From Ruditapes philippinarum (taxonomy: Eukaryota), in the NCBI RefSeq assembly GCF_026571515.1, contig NW_026851615.1:310001-374000 (forward strand): DNA of 64,000 bases, written 5' to 3'. This document shows positions 37,534 to 50,360 of this stretch, one piece after another (the first letter of the stretch is position 1; the number at the start of each line of letters is the position of its first letter). Position numbers and translations under genes: made by a program. The notes under the pieces are model-generated. The model made no database searches and was not told where the DNA came from. It saw only the letters and a list, made by a program, of their open reading frames with translations.

Positions 37534-37935
37534 AAATGACGTTGAATATTCAACATTTGGTTTTCTTATACTTATATTATCGTTATTGATAGTGAACATT
37601 TTTTTGAATGTATAATACATTGCCTTCCTTGCTGCTTAACATAAACAGAAAATTTATATGATGTGCAAAGAGAATCTTGATCTGATTTTATTTTGTTGAA
37701 AAAAATTCTCTTGGCACAGAAACAAAAAGTAAATGCGTGTCCAATACAAGAAATAAACAAAAGTGCTATTACTGATTAATTTGTTAATTGATAAATAAAG
37801 TAGTATGCACTTTAAATGTGAAAAGGAAATAAAAGTGAAAATCAATCTTTTTTATTTAAATTTTAAGTACAATTTGAGTTAGAACGTTAAACGAGTAAAG
37901 TTTATATTCATTATATCAAGTACATGTCAACTTAA

Positions 37936-37952
37936 ATTATTATTATTATTAT

Positions 37953-37991
<39 letters not shown>

Positions 37992-38206
37992 GGGGGGTAA
38001 TCGAATAGGTCATTTGTCGATTTGTCTACTTTCCAGCTTTACCTCATTATTTCAGACTCGAACAACCACCGACGTTCCGTTATTTAGCAAGCTAGTTGGA
38101 TTGCTTCTTCACATGAAAGAATCCAAAGTCCTTGTCGGGATTTGAATCCACAGCAGGATAAGTGGTTTGAAGTCAACGACCTTTAACCATTCGGCCATGG
38201 ATGCCC
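37936..38206 (-). mobile_element. tRNA-derived SINE (MetaSINE-like) with (TAA)n tail
   Basis: Minus strand: A box TGGCCGAATGG, B-box-like GGATTCAAATCC, central GGATTCTTTCATGTGAAGAAGC..ACGGAACGTCGGTGGTT, then (TAA)n at 37936-37990. Confidence 0.75.
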
Positions 38207-39113
38207 TCTAAATTAAGTAAATATATAGATATACATATTAAAAACATTGTTTATATGATAACTATTAATTGTTCACCTCTTGACGATTTCGGACTCGGTT
38301 ATAACTGGTACATAATGAACATTCTGTTTGTCAGATTATTTTCAATCAACATTCTACCGAAATTAACTTTATTTTCCGTTAGATGTAAAAAAGATAAATT
38401 CGTCACTCATTATCTCTGTTTTTGTTTATATCTGGTTCCCTGTTCAGTAACGAAAGATCAGGATCAGAATCATGTGATCTTGATTTTATTTTCATTGTTT
38501 TATTAAACTAAAACTGATATTATTTTCCTAGAATTAAATGACACATAAACAAAATGTAAATGAATTCTTATTTGCACAGAAACGGCACTATTTCGGGATG
38601 AACTCGACAAAAAACAAAACAATTACAAAAATAATCGGATCAAAATAAGGACCTACATCAAATGGAACACAAAATTGAATTTTTTCCAGACCCTTCAAGA
38701 AGAAAAAAAAACAGTGGAGTAGTTACTTTCCCGTTCAATTAGTGTTTCTTTTTTTTCCCCTTTTTCATGTTGGCAAAATGTAAATTTGCCGTTTCATAGA
38801 AAATTCCCGAATGAGAACCTAAAAGTATTCATCATTATTCGAAATCATCTTCTATCAGTACTTTGATAAACTTATTTTATTATTGCTTGCTGGCAAAAAG
38901 TAAATTTACAGGAGGAAATGTAAAGAAATGCAATAAAATCGATTGACAACATTTTATAATGATTTGCCCAGAAGAAGTTCTAAGTATTAGTAATTTAACA
39001 TTGACAGTTGCGAAATATTATGAGCGAATTTGTCATAGTTTTCTGCCTGAGTTAGCATATACAGACATTGCCTACATTAAAATTGTAAATTTCCTTCCAG
39101 CTGTTATCAATAA

Positions 39114-39335
39114 TTTAGCCGCGTCACGACAAAACCAACATAGTGGGTTTGCAACCAGCATGGATCCAGACCAGTCTGATCAGGATCTATGCTGTTCGCT
39201 ATCAGTTTCTCTACTTGTTATAGGGTTGGTAAGCGAACAGCATGGATCCTGATCAGACTGCGCGGATGCGCAGGCTGGTCTGGATCCATGCTGATCGCAA
39301 ACCCACTATGTTGGTTTTGTCGTGACGCGGCTTAT
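39114..39335. mobile_element. Palindromic MITE, copy 2 (upstream of Kazal gene 1)
   Basis: Same TIRs as 1099-1332. Confidence 0.85.
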
Positions 39336-39461
39336 ATCTCAATAAAATGAGCAATAAAATCTCGATTGTCATGTTTTACAGCAAATTCGTCTTTGTCGTT
39401 TTCTCAGCAAAGTAAAACTCTATTCATTTACAAGGAACTTAAATTTAAAGAGGGTGACAAA

Positions 39462-42400
39462 ATGTTGATTAAAGTCAGCATTTGTTTTATTCTGTTTAGT
39501 TGTAAGTGAGGAAACTAGGATCGGATTATGAAATTCTATTACTATTTTTTCTTTCTTTCTTGAAAACGTGTATTCTTATCTATGAGCCGCTTCACGACAA
39601 AACCAACATATTGCATCCGCGCAGACGGATCAGAATCCATGCTGTTCGCTTACAAACCCTCTTACAAGTAGAGAAACTGATAGCGAACAGCATGGATCCT
39701 GATCAGACTGTGCGGATGCGCAGGCTGGTCTGGATCCATGCTGGTCGCAAACGCACTATGTTGGTTTTGTCGTGACGCAGCTCATAGATTGAGATGAGAC
39801 GAGTGATTACTGAATTGAGGTTTAATTAATAAATAGAGGATGTATAATAAGTATAGGGTCAATACTGTATTAACTGAACGAGTTGAATTAAAGTATAATA
39901 TGAGAGTCTCAGATGAGCATATTATAGGGCCCGTAAGTCTCGTTTACTTTCACTTTCGATTTACCACTTCCGGGTACATCGGCAGACTTATTTACCGTTA
40001 CGCATATAGGTAACCCGAAGAACTCGAGGGATATAAAAGTTAAATTTGTTTCGGTCCTCTTCAGATTTGAAGGAATGGATAGCACGGGTCAAAAAATGCA
40101 GGTAGGTCAATTATCTGACGGAAAAACGAAGGATTTATAGAGTTTAATAAAACTAGTTTATTTTCGGATAGTGACAATTGTTTCGGATGTTTTGTCAAGG
40201 TAGTGAATTCTAGTTGTTTAGCTTTTAGTATTGTTTTAAAACTACTGATGTGAGAAATTAATTCAAACCATTTTAACTTATTGAAATAAACAATGGAGAG
40301 ACACTTTAATTTTAGTGTATATTAAAGTTATACAAAATTCGGACAGTGCACAGTAATTCGGATATTTTTTCCCTTCCATTTTATTCTTGTTCCTTTTTCA
40401 ATTATATATACATGTTAATATGGTACCTATCAAATTATGATTGAATTAAAAAATATAATATTTGATTAAACCATTTCAGATGTATAGACAAGGAGGTATA
40501 TGACAAGTATAGAATATACAGTTGTTCAATATGGACCATTAATCAACTGTTTGCATTGCCTATGATCCTGAAATATCTATACATCAAAGGTAAATACATG
40601 TAAAATAATTGATTAATTTTTGAGATCGGAAAGATAAACAATTATCAAAATTTATTATATACTTATAAATTAAATATTGAGAAATATTGATGAAATAAAA
40701 TGCGTATTTTCATTTTCCGTATTTTCACTGTAAAAATTTATTTTTCACTGCAGTGAAACATATTTTCCGTATTTTCACTGGTGTCTTGCCGGACTACTTT
40801 CTTTTTAATTCTACCAGTACACAAAATTTAAGGGAAAGTTTTTCAAATTTTATCGCAAAAAAGAGAAAAATGTACATAATAAACAGAAAATTCAAGTTTT
40901 TTTCTATAAATACATGATTTATTTTCATCTTGTGGCATGAAAATTACCATATTTCACTCGTGGCTACCGCCACTCATGAAATATTTATTTTCATACCACT
41001 CAATGAAAATAAATCATGTATTTATAGAAAAAACTTGAATATCCTCTATATATTAATAACTTTTGGATTTCACTGCATGATAATTGATAAGTAAATAAAA
41101 CATTAAAAATAGTCATGTTTCACATTCAAGAAGATCAATATTTTTTACTGTTATATATTATGTGTTGTTGTTTATCTTTAATGTTTATTTACTTCAAATA
41201 TGAAATTTTTCTGTCAATCATGACCAGCTTATTAAATGTAATGTAAATATCATTTCTAGTGTCTTACACTTGTAACAACATATTTATTGATTTTTCATTC
41301 TGCAGATAAAAAGGGAAAAGATGAGGAGGATTTGTCCATGAAGACCTTTATTGCAACTACCATCTTCCAGTTCCTTAATTTGAGAATGATATCAGAGAAC
41401 ACAAAGTTACAGTGAAATATTAGTTTAATATAAGCCACTGAGAATAGTCAAATGTACTTTCCTGAAGAAGATGAATGACATCCAGCACAAAAATATTAAT
41501 GTATAAAGAGTATGATTTTATGGTGTTTGACACTATGATCTTGTTAACATGTTAATGTCACAATGATAGAAACAGAGTAAAATATCCACATTTAATTGCA
41601 GTTTTAAGTATTAAAACTAGATACTCTATATATACCAAAGCTGATAACACACCAGAGATAAGGTTTTTCATGGAATCACAGTATAGTCATATGACATTAT
41701 GGACATAAAATGACTATGAAGTAAAGATTAGCAAAAATATTATATATCATCTACTACTAAGTACTAATATTGTGAGGTAATCATTGATAAGCTCACAAAT
41801 TTGCATTCAAAGCTTTGATATCAAGCTGAACATTTTTCAATTAGAATATGATTTATAACTCTATGATAATTTGTTCATGTTAATTTTCAAAGTCTTTACA
41901 TTTGTAAAAGGAAATATTCTTATTTTTGTATCAGTAGACATTCACAGTGTAAATTTACATTGTCCAAATAACTAATAATAATTCCAAGTGCTTTCCTGAA
42001 GTTTTTCTTCCACTGGAAAATCAGTGTGATATATAATTATGCTAAGCAGTGCACTATAAATTGTGTAAAAATAAAAGTTTATTAAACTTATGAACTGTTT
42101 TTTGTTTCTACTATTTGGCATATATTTATAGCAGTGCTTAATCATAAAAGTTCATCTGCAAAATAAGTGTCACTGTGTACTTTAATTCTCTAACAGCAAT
42201 GGCTAGATTGCTTGAATATGCAAGCATTGACTATATTAAATACTATGCATGTCATTTGAATTTTGTCTGTCCTGAAATCGAAACAGACACTATCTAAATA
42301 ATATTGATGAAAAGTTCTTGACAGCTCTTCAATGACTACATTTACACATATGTACATGGACAGAAGTTAAAAGCATTGTGTGGTGTTTTTGTTGTTGTTT

Positions 42401-45400
42401 TTTTTTAAACATTGACAATTTTGAAACAGTTCCAATGGGTATATTAATGTATCAGTGATGTAATTGTTTTGTATCAAGTGCAAACCCTAAGTTTTGCATG
42501 TATTGTATAGATAATTCACTTTTGGTCAAATGTCAACAGGTTCAATACATTATAAAACAGGTAATTTGAAATCCAAAGAAGTATATGGTATGTAATAACT
42601 ACCCCTCTGATACTAAAATCTTCAAGGAATGCAGAATTGCAAGTCTTCTCCAATTAAGAGAGAGACTTGGGCTTACAAGGGCTAGCAAGCTAGTGTTTTG
42701 CTACAGAATACTCAACACAGATGAATTGCATTAATATTGTTTACTCTGGTATTACTACCTGCCATGTACAATGCAAATCATGGCTTTTCTAAGAGCAGTG
42801 AAAGGCTATAACTGGAAGAAATTTTACACATCTTGTCTCAGAAACAAGTTTTTCTTTGAGATGATTTTTATGATATTAAAATAATGGTTAAAGATTACAT
42901 TACTTTTACAATTGCAGTGATCGTGGTGATAATATGAAATGAAACTCAATCAAGATAGAAACATTTTAATGCTGAACATTAATCTTTTTACCATTCCTGT
43001 TACTTTACAAGTCTATTTATAACAAATTTATCTTAACTGTTTTGAAACTACATGATGCCTGGTTGAAACTGTTTTGGGCAGCCATTTGCAGAAGATAAAT
43101 TATCTTTGAATAATTAAGTTAATACAAAGTTACAAATGAAAGGTTATTTATTTCTAACAAAGACAGGTTATTTATTTCTTACAAAGACAGATATTTTGTT
43201 TAACATTTTTACACTGACATATATCTTTGAAGTGTCTTCAACCTTAGTTTTTATTAGAATACAAACATTCAGTCAGACAGTTTACACAAGACATGGAGCT
43301 TTAAGAAGCTTTAATTCAGTCAAAATCTGTAATGGACTGCCATGTCTCTACCACTATGTACTCCAAGACTGTGTATGGACATTTCCTTTCAACTATGCCT
43401 GGTGGTATCACTATTTGATTTCTAATCTGATGGTGAACACTCCAAAATAAATCAAGAGCCATGACAAGTACTCAAGATCCAACCATGAAATCACATACCT
43501 GTATATAAAGAAAATTTATCATGAGTTGAAAGCAATAATAATTGGTCAGCTATAAATTTCAATCATTTTCATATTGTCATGAATAGAAAATAATGTTGAA
43601 AAGGAAGAAACACTTCTTGGTGTCCTAGTTTTTGTAGATTTGCTTTGACAACTGATCTTTAAAAAATGTGATAGTGACTAAGTTCTTTTAACATTTAACA
43701 TTTTAACTGAACATGATTTAACTAAAAAATATGATCCACTTACTTGAGAAAAATACTTTAAACAGTATTTAACATGAATTAACTACATATGCCATACTGT
43801 TTGTTTATTTAGCTACACTGTAATTATTTACAAAAACGAGAACATTATATGTTATACAATAATATTTATTTTTCATTAATGTAGTTTAAGTAGCTTTAAG
43901 TATATATTTCTTACCAAAACAATTTGACAGCAGAACATGCATGTGTATTTACATCGGATACCAGTTGACGTCTTTCATCTCACCACTTATCTACAGGAGC
44001 AAAATATTTCATTGAATTTTATGACAATTTAAATTGGTTATATACAGCTTGACTGTTTGTGCTTTATAAAGATAATAATTATAAATAAATGATATTTTCA
44101 GTTGGAAGAAAATATATTCAACTAAAACACACTGATAATCATATTGAAACGTTTATCCGAAATATGCGCTGTCCGAAATTTCTAAACATTATATACTTCT
44201 GAGAGATAATCAGGTAGCACTATAGAAAATTGATAAAATCAAATTCACCAGTCTGGTGTCAGATGCGAATGATGTTGTATCAAAAAACAAATTTATTAGA
44301 TTTACATGGAAATGAAAATATTTCAACATTTATCGGGATAAACTGAATTTGAAATGACACACCCACCTGAAGATTATACGAAGTTGTCTTTCATTGATAC
44401 TTGTTCACAAGATGAGACCATTTGCATTTCGTTACAAAACAAAAATCTCTGCCAATTTCCACATATCATTTGCTTTTCCATGTAAGTTTTACTTTCCCAC
44501 CGGCATACAAGTATTACCCAATATAGATAAGCAATGTTGTTGATATTTGTTTGTACCCGGAAGTGCAAAATATCGTGAAATCTCGCAAGTCACATGACGA
44601 GACTTACATACCCTATTACTTTATTCAACGATTTAAATACATTTAGTTATGCAGATACAACAAGAACATAATATTCTGTTTATCACGTACTAGTACCCAA
44701 AAAATAAGAACTGTTTTCCTAAAAAGATAGAAATATATTAATTGGAGCGCAACTTCATGCAGTATTTGTTAACACAAATGATGATTTATAAACGATTTTT
44801 TAAAACAATATTAAGCTCGCCAAAGGCTCACAGAATATGATTTTATTCAAAACGTTCAATAAATTTAGTATTGAACTTACATTAATTCAATATTCTATAT
44901 GTACATGTATTATATTATAGGTATGGTGTTAAATGGTAAGGCTGATACAGGCCACCACGATCCAGTTGATCTTAAATGTTTGTTTTCCTGTAGAGGTACT
45001 GGAGTGGACCTAGTATGTGGAACAGATGGACGAACTTACAGTAAATGTTCTTTTTTTATATTCAAAATGATTAAAAAATTACCAAAAACGATACATTATT
45101 CAAATTGCAATATTTTGGCAACACCAGTTGAAGTTCAGTTGTTGGCTGGTGATGTCATTGGAACAATTGGTTCACAATTAGTTCCAATTATAATTATTAT
45201 CTTACTTATGGCAATACTGATATGATAACGTCCGTCGGGACTAAATTGCCAACCTGTAGCATCAATGGTTATTGATGTTACCTTTGGTATTCTAGTATTG
45301 GTGCCATTTAAAATAATTTAATATAAACTGTTACAGTTTATAAATCGCTCAGGTATCAAACTTATAGGGACCAGCGCTGACCAACATCATCCGCCACAGT

Positions 45401-46043
45401 CATTTGTGCCGTTTGATCATGATCTGCACTGTTCGCTATTCATTCAGTATTTATTTGATTATTTTTCTATATATGTAAAGCAAAGATGGACAAGTCCATC
45501 AAAAATATATATAGTAGATATCATGTATATTAAATATACATTTGATTTTGAGACGAATTTTTATTTCATGTTATAGCCTACTCTATTCCTATACATCGGT
45601 TGTTCTATGTGATATTTTATCCTGTGCGTATTTTATTTCATGCCATATGATATGTTTTGAGTGCTGGTTTTTTTTTGTAATTAATAATTTCATGATTTAT
45701 AAAATTCTATTTTATGTCATTTCGTATTCTTCGTGTTTTTTAAAAAAATGTTTTATGCTATGCCCATGCAATCAGATTTTGCTTGCGTTTGTAATTCCAT
45801 GCTATACGAGTACTATGCAAGAGTTTTAAGACTTTATTTCCAATACTAGTATACACCTGGACATTATGCCCATGCGTACATTGTACGTACGATACGTGAT
45901 AATTATAATGCTCATATATCATTTTAATAGGTATTTTATGTCATTTAATATGTTATTCTATTGCAGTAAACATGTGCGAGTTTAAGAGAGGAGTATGTCG
46001 AAATGAATCATTGAGGGTAGCATACAAAGGACCATGTGTTTAA
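39462..46043 (+). CDS. Secreted single-domain Kazal-type serine protease inhibitor 1 (subtype A); exons 39462-39501, 44921-45040, 45967-46043
   Basis: GT-AG phase-1 splices give MLIKVSICFILFSCMVLNGKADTGHHDPVDLKCLFSCRGTGVDLVCGTDGRTYINMCEFKRGVCRNESLRVAYKGPCV. Six-Cys Kazal pattern, AATAAA at 46058. Confidence 0.88.
39581..39786. mobile_element. Palindromic MITE, copy 3 (Kazal gene 1 intron 1, opposite orientation to copy 2)
   Basis: TATGAGCCGC...GC.GCTCATA termini, TA-flanked. Confidence 0.85.
39924..44615. mobile_element. ~4.7-kb non-coding element with imperfect terminal inverted repeats in Kazal gene 1 intron 1
   Basis: TAGGG..GTAAGTCTCGT...CACTTCCGGGTACA (39924-39977) pairs with TGTACCCGGAAGTG...ACGAGACTTAC..CCCTA (44552-44615). 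The paralogous introns are only ~130 bp. Confidence 0.7.
40888..41048. repeat. ~160-bp palindrome belonging to a nested dispersed repeat
   Basis: ATTCAAGTTTTTTTCTATAAATACATGATTTATTTTCAT pairs with ATGAAAATAAATCATGTATTTATAGAAAAAACTTGAAT. Confidence 0.8.
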
Positions 46044-46453
46044 AATATTTGAAAACTAATAAAGCAAATAAATGTATCTGTAAAAATGAAGATGTGCTTA
46101 TTTTCTATATTTCTATTCAAAGTTTTAAAAGTGTTTCATCTTATTATGGTAAAGTAGATCAAATTACAGATTTATATGTAAAAATGGACCCTTCATTAAC
46201 TTTGGACTGTTTATATATACTCAAAGAGCAAACATTCAAATTGAGATGGACACTGGTATGTTATACAATGTATGTTTTATATGTATACGTTATATACCTA
46301 GATGATACAGAAATTATTCACTACCAAGTTACCATATAGTGTTAAAATGTATCTGATAGATTTTTTTTTGTTATTTCATTAAGTGCGAATTTTGTTCCAT
46401 GAGAACATACTTTTCAATCTCCCGAGATATTTGTATAAATGAAGTTCAACTGA

Positions 46454-46610
46454 ATATGAGCCGTGTCACGACAAAACCAACATAGTGGGTTTGCGACCAG
46501 CATGGATCCAGACACGCCTGCGCATCCGCGCAGTCTGGATGCGCAGGCTGGTCTGGATCCATGCTGGTCGCAAACCCATTATGTTGGTTTTGTCGTGACG
46601 CGGCTCATAT
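46454..46610. mobile_element. Palindromic MITE, copy 4 (internally deleted)
   Basis: ATATGAGCCG...CGGCTCATAT termini. Confidence 0.85.
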
Positions 46611-48864
46611 ATGTAGACGAAGAAGATATCATATATACGTGCGCTTTATATAGGAATTACTTTGGTATTGCATGGCCTGGATTTGTGTCAAAGTGAGTTT
46701 TAATTAGTTTATATCAAGCCGGGAACCGGACACTTATTCTGTTAGGGTATCTTTGTAACTGTTGAATTTTTAAGGTATAAAGAGTTTTATCGTTTTGGGC
46801 TGTTGTACATTTTAACTTGGGAATGTAAACGTACATGTTCATATTTAGTGTTTGCAAACTTGTGTTTATGCTTGGTATTATAGCAAACAAGTACACGATT
46901 GTCATCTGATACAGTGTTTAATATTCAATTATCAGTCATTTTGCGTCATGATTGGTTTGGAAAGGTAGGTACAAAATTTTGTCAATTAAAATATATCTAA
47001 TACTCATTAATATTTGACACAGCTGAAAATGCATGTGGCAATAATCAATTCAGAATAAGGATTTTTGTACTTTTAAACTTAGATACGGAAGTAAAGAATC
47101 GTTAGAACAGATACACTTCTGTATTTGATAATGAAACTGCTGCACATATAGAAGATTACATAAATCGTTAGTCTAGTAAAATTTACCATTCGACTGTTGT
47201 TATTCCTCCATTTTCATATAAGTTAATCCTTGACTTGAAGATTGATACCAATCTTTATTTACATTGTAAATCAGCAATTTTTACAAGGCATAATTAAGAT
47301 AGTAAACAAAAACCGGTTATCTTTTTATGTCTGTTTATAGTATGGGCAATGTCAAAGTTTGTAACGACAGTAATGGTACACACAACTTAGAGGTCAAGCA
47401 GCGCCAGACAAAAATCAGAACTGCAGAAAAGCTGTGTGTCCGAAGAATACCTCCTCGAATCTAGGAACAAATTGAGGGAAAAAATGCTGTAGCTACAAAA
47501 ACCAAGTATACAGCAAGACGGACAACCAAACATTTAACAACTGCTTCAGATCCAGTTTATTTGGCTTCAAGAACACCTGCTATCAAGCCAGATCAATGGT
47601 TTCTGAGGCCAAAAGGTTGGATGATGTCAACTGAGCTGGTGTGGACAGAAGGTTTACCAACCAATCGACCAGTAAACACATGATGCACAAAATACGGGAC
47701 AGTGGCACAGCACACACTGATTTCATGCAAATTTCTTGGCACAAGAATGTTCAAAAGCATCTTGAACTCTTCAGATATGTCTCTTATAGATCAAAAAGCT
47801 TGTTCAAACATTTTTTTCTACCAATAACACAAGCCTCCCCCTTCCAGCCCATATCAGCCTTGCCTGATAACTTTGATGTCAAAAGACAATAGCCTGTTAT
47901 TCTCATTTTATTGGACTCCATATGACATTTTATTTTCTTTTATGCTTAGTCTTTTCACGATCCTCTGTAATTAATAATTGATTTTGTAAACATAAGTTCA
48001 AGGTAATATCTCATTTTAAAATGGATAGACTTGTAGATGACAACCAACCTTTTTGCAAAGTTTATAGTATATTTGGAATCATTCCGGACACACTCTGCAA
48101 CACGTTTTTCAACTTGTCACTAGTCTCCGAGAGTCTCAAATATGCTATTTCTTTAGAATTAACACACCTCGTAAAGCAATGGTCAGCGAAAACTAAAAGC
48201 AGCAAGCATTTATTACCGGTTTATTGACAAATACTTACAGATTATTTACTTAAATAATGAAGAAATTATTCAGTACCAAGAAGTGTAAAACTACCTCTCA
48301 TCCGTATATAAAATCGCAGTAAACATCATATTGACATGTCCTTTATAGAGGAAATACTGTGTTATGGCTTGAACTGATATCAGCAGAAACTGCATACATA
48401 TTGAATGATAAGATTATATTTTCTAAGTTGTCCTAATATTACTAGACAGATGTATAGAATTTATTACTCACACTACGTCAAAGACTTTAAAATACTTGAA
48501 CTCTCTATACATTTCCTTTTATAATATGTTGATAAGGTTTAATAAATGTTGGTATAACTCTGATGCAGATGTATAATGTTGTACCGAAAGAGAGTTCTCA
48601 TATTTCAATACGTTAAAATTATTTATCTTTACCTTGACATTTTCGAAAAACTCTGTATTATGAATAGATAAATCAAAATTTACCGTCTAAATTAGCATAT
48701 TTGACAGTGTCTACTTTGAATATTTGAATTTCTTTGCAAATGCTATTTAGATTTCAATCAAATTAGCAATTGTTATGTTTGACAGGAAGTAATCTTTTGT
48801 CATTTTCCGAGCCAATAGATGATTATTTCTTTGTAAGCAACTTCAAGTAAAGGAGGGTGACAAA

Positions 48865-50360
48865 ATGTTGCTAAAAGTCAGCTTTTGTTTTCTTCTGTTT
48901 AGTTGTAAGAGACGAAACATAGATTGGATTATTTCATGCATTTTGTTTTCGTTTTTTTAGAACCCATGAATTCAAATTCGAGTCTATATTTAAAGAGATG
49001 AGTTCGCACTGAATTGATATTTACTTATATTTTAGGTATGATATTGAAAGGTAAAACTGATACGGATCATCCAGACCCAGTCGATCCTGAATGTTTGTTT
49101 GGCTGCACTGGTCTTTGGGAACCAGTTTGTGGAACAGACGGGCAGACTTACAGTAAATGTTCTATGAATTTCTATAAATATTACTTATTAATGCATTTAA
49201 TATAGATATCTTACGCGTTTGTTTTCTTTTTTTACTTTTTTTTTTCTATAAAGTCATGATATCTTTTGTAAATTAAATCATTATTAATGCGTGTTTATAA
49301 TAATGCGTTTGTTACTTCATGTCATATACAATACAATCTACCTGTTATTTAATGTTCTCTTCTACATCATGCGGGTAGTACACTGTGCCAATTTTATTTT
49401 GTATCATAAAATATTCCATGCGTTTGTTACATACAAGATGTTAAATGTTATTTTAATAAAAAACAATATTGAACGAATTAAAAAAGAATTATATTATGGG
49501 AGCCTGTGGTGAGTTCAATAATCTAAGTATTAAATCTACACGAATGTTTTAATTTATATATTTATCACATATCCAAAATAAGAACGGTAATGTTATTTTC
49601 ATGGACACGACCGTAATACTTACAAGAGCGCTTTTACGTTGTTGATAACCAAGCAAATACTGTTATGAATACAGTATTTTGAAGCCTATGATCTGCTTAT
49701 TGTCAAATCCGCCAATAGTCCGTCTGTATTTACTAGCAGGCGCATTAATTTTTCACCCTTCTAAGGAACAGAAAAATGTTTCCGAGGCGTTCACAAATAA
49801 CAATGTACTTCTACATCCTAGATGGTTACATGCGTGTGCGCATATTTTTTTATTGTGTTTTATTCTTTATAGCCTATTTCTCGATTCGATTGCAATTACT
49901 TAAAAAATAGTTAAACGTTATGACATTACATATTTGAAATACTTTTAATTGCACTGCCATTGAACGTCTGACGTCATCTGTTTGCGTGTGTCTACAGTCT
50001 GAAGTTGCTGGGTCTTCTTATAACTTTTCGTCAATTATAAATTCGTTTAACAAGTTGCTGACGGGATATATGGGAGAATGTAGCATTGCTGACATAAAAA
50101 TAACTCTAGTCTCAGGTCTGATTCGTGCTGTAGGCTTATCTTCTCGTTTATCCCATCAGCAAACAATGTGTTGCTCTGTTGCAGGTAATCGGTGCATACG
50201 GAAAGCACCGAGAGTCATATTTATCTTCTCCCGTGCATCCCGTCATCAACTTGTGTAATTAATAATATGTTGCTCTATTGCAGGTAATTGGTGCTTGCTT
50301 ATGAACGAAAAATGTCGAAATGAATCATTGCGGGTAGCATACAATGGACCATGTGTTTAA
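48865..50360 (+). CDS. Kazal-type serine protease inhibitor 2 (subtype A); exons 48865-48904, 49036-49152, 50284-50360
   Basis: MLLKVSFCFLLFSCMILKGKTDTDHPDPVDPECLFGCTGLWEPVCGTDGQTYSNWCLLMNEKCRNESLRVAYNGPCV; AATAAA at 50384. Confidence 0.92.

Noticed and set aside
47340-48230. GC-richer stretch between Kazal genes 1 and 2 as a gene
   Set aside because: No long frame, splice structure or recognisable motif. Probably a decayed insertion.
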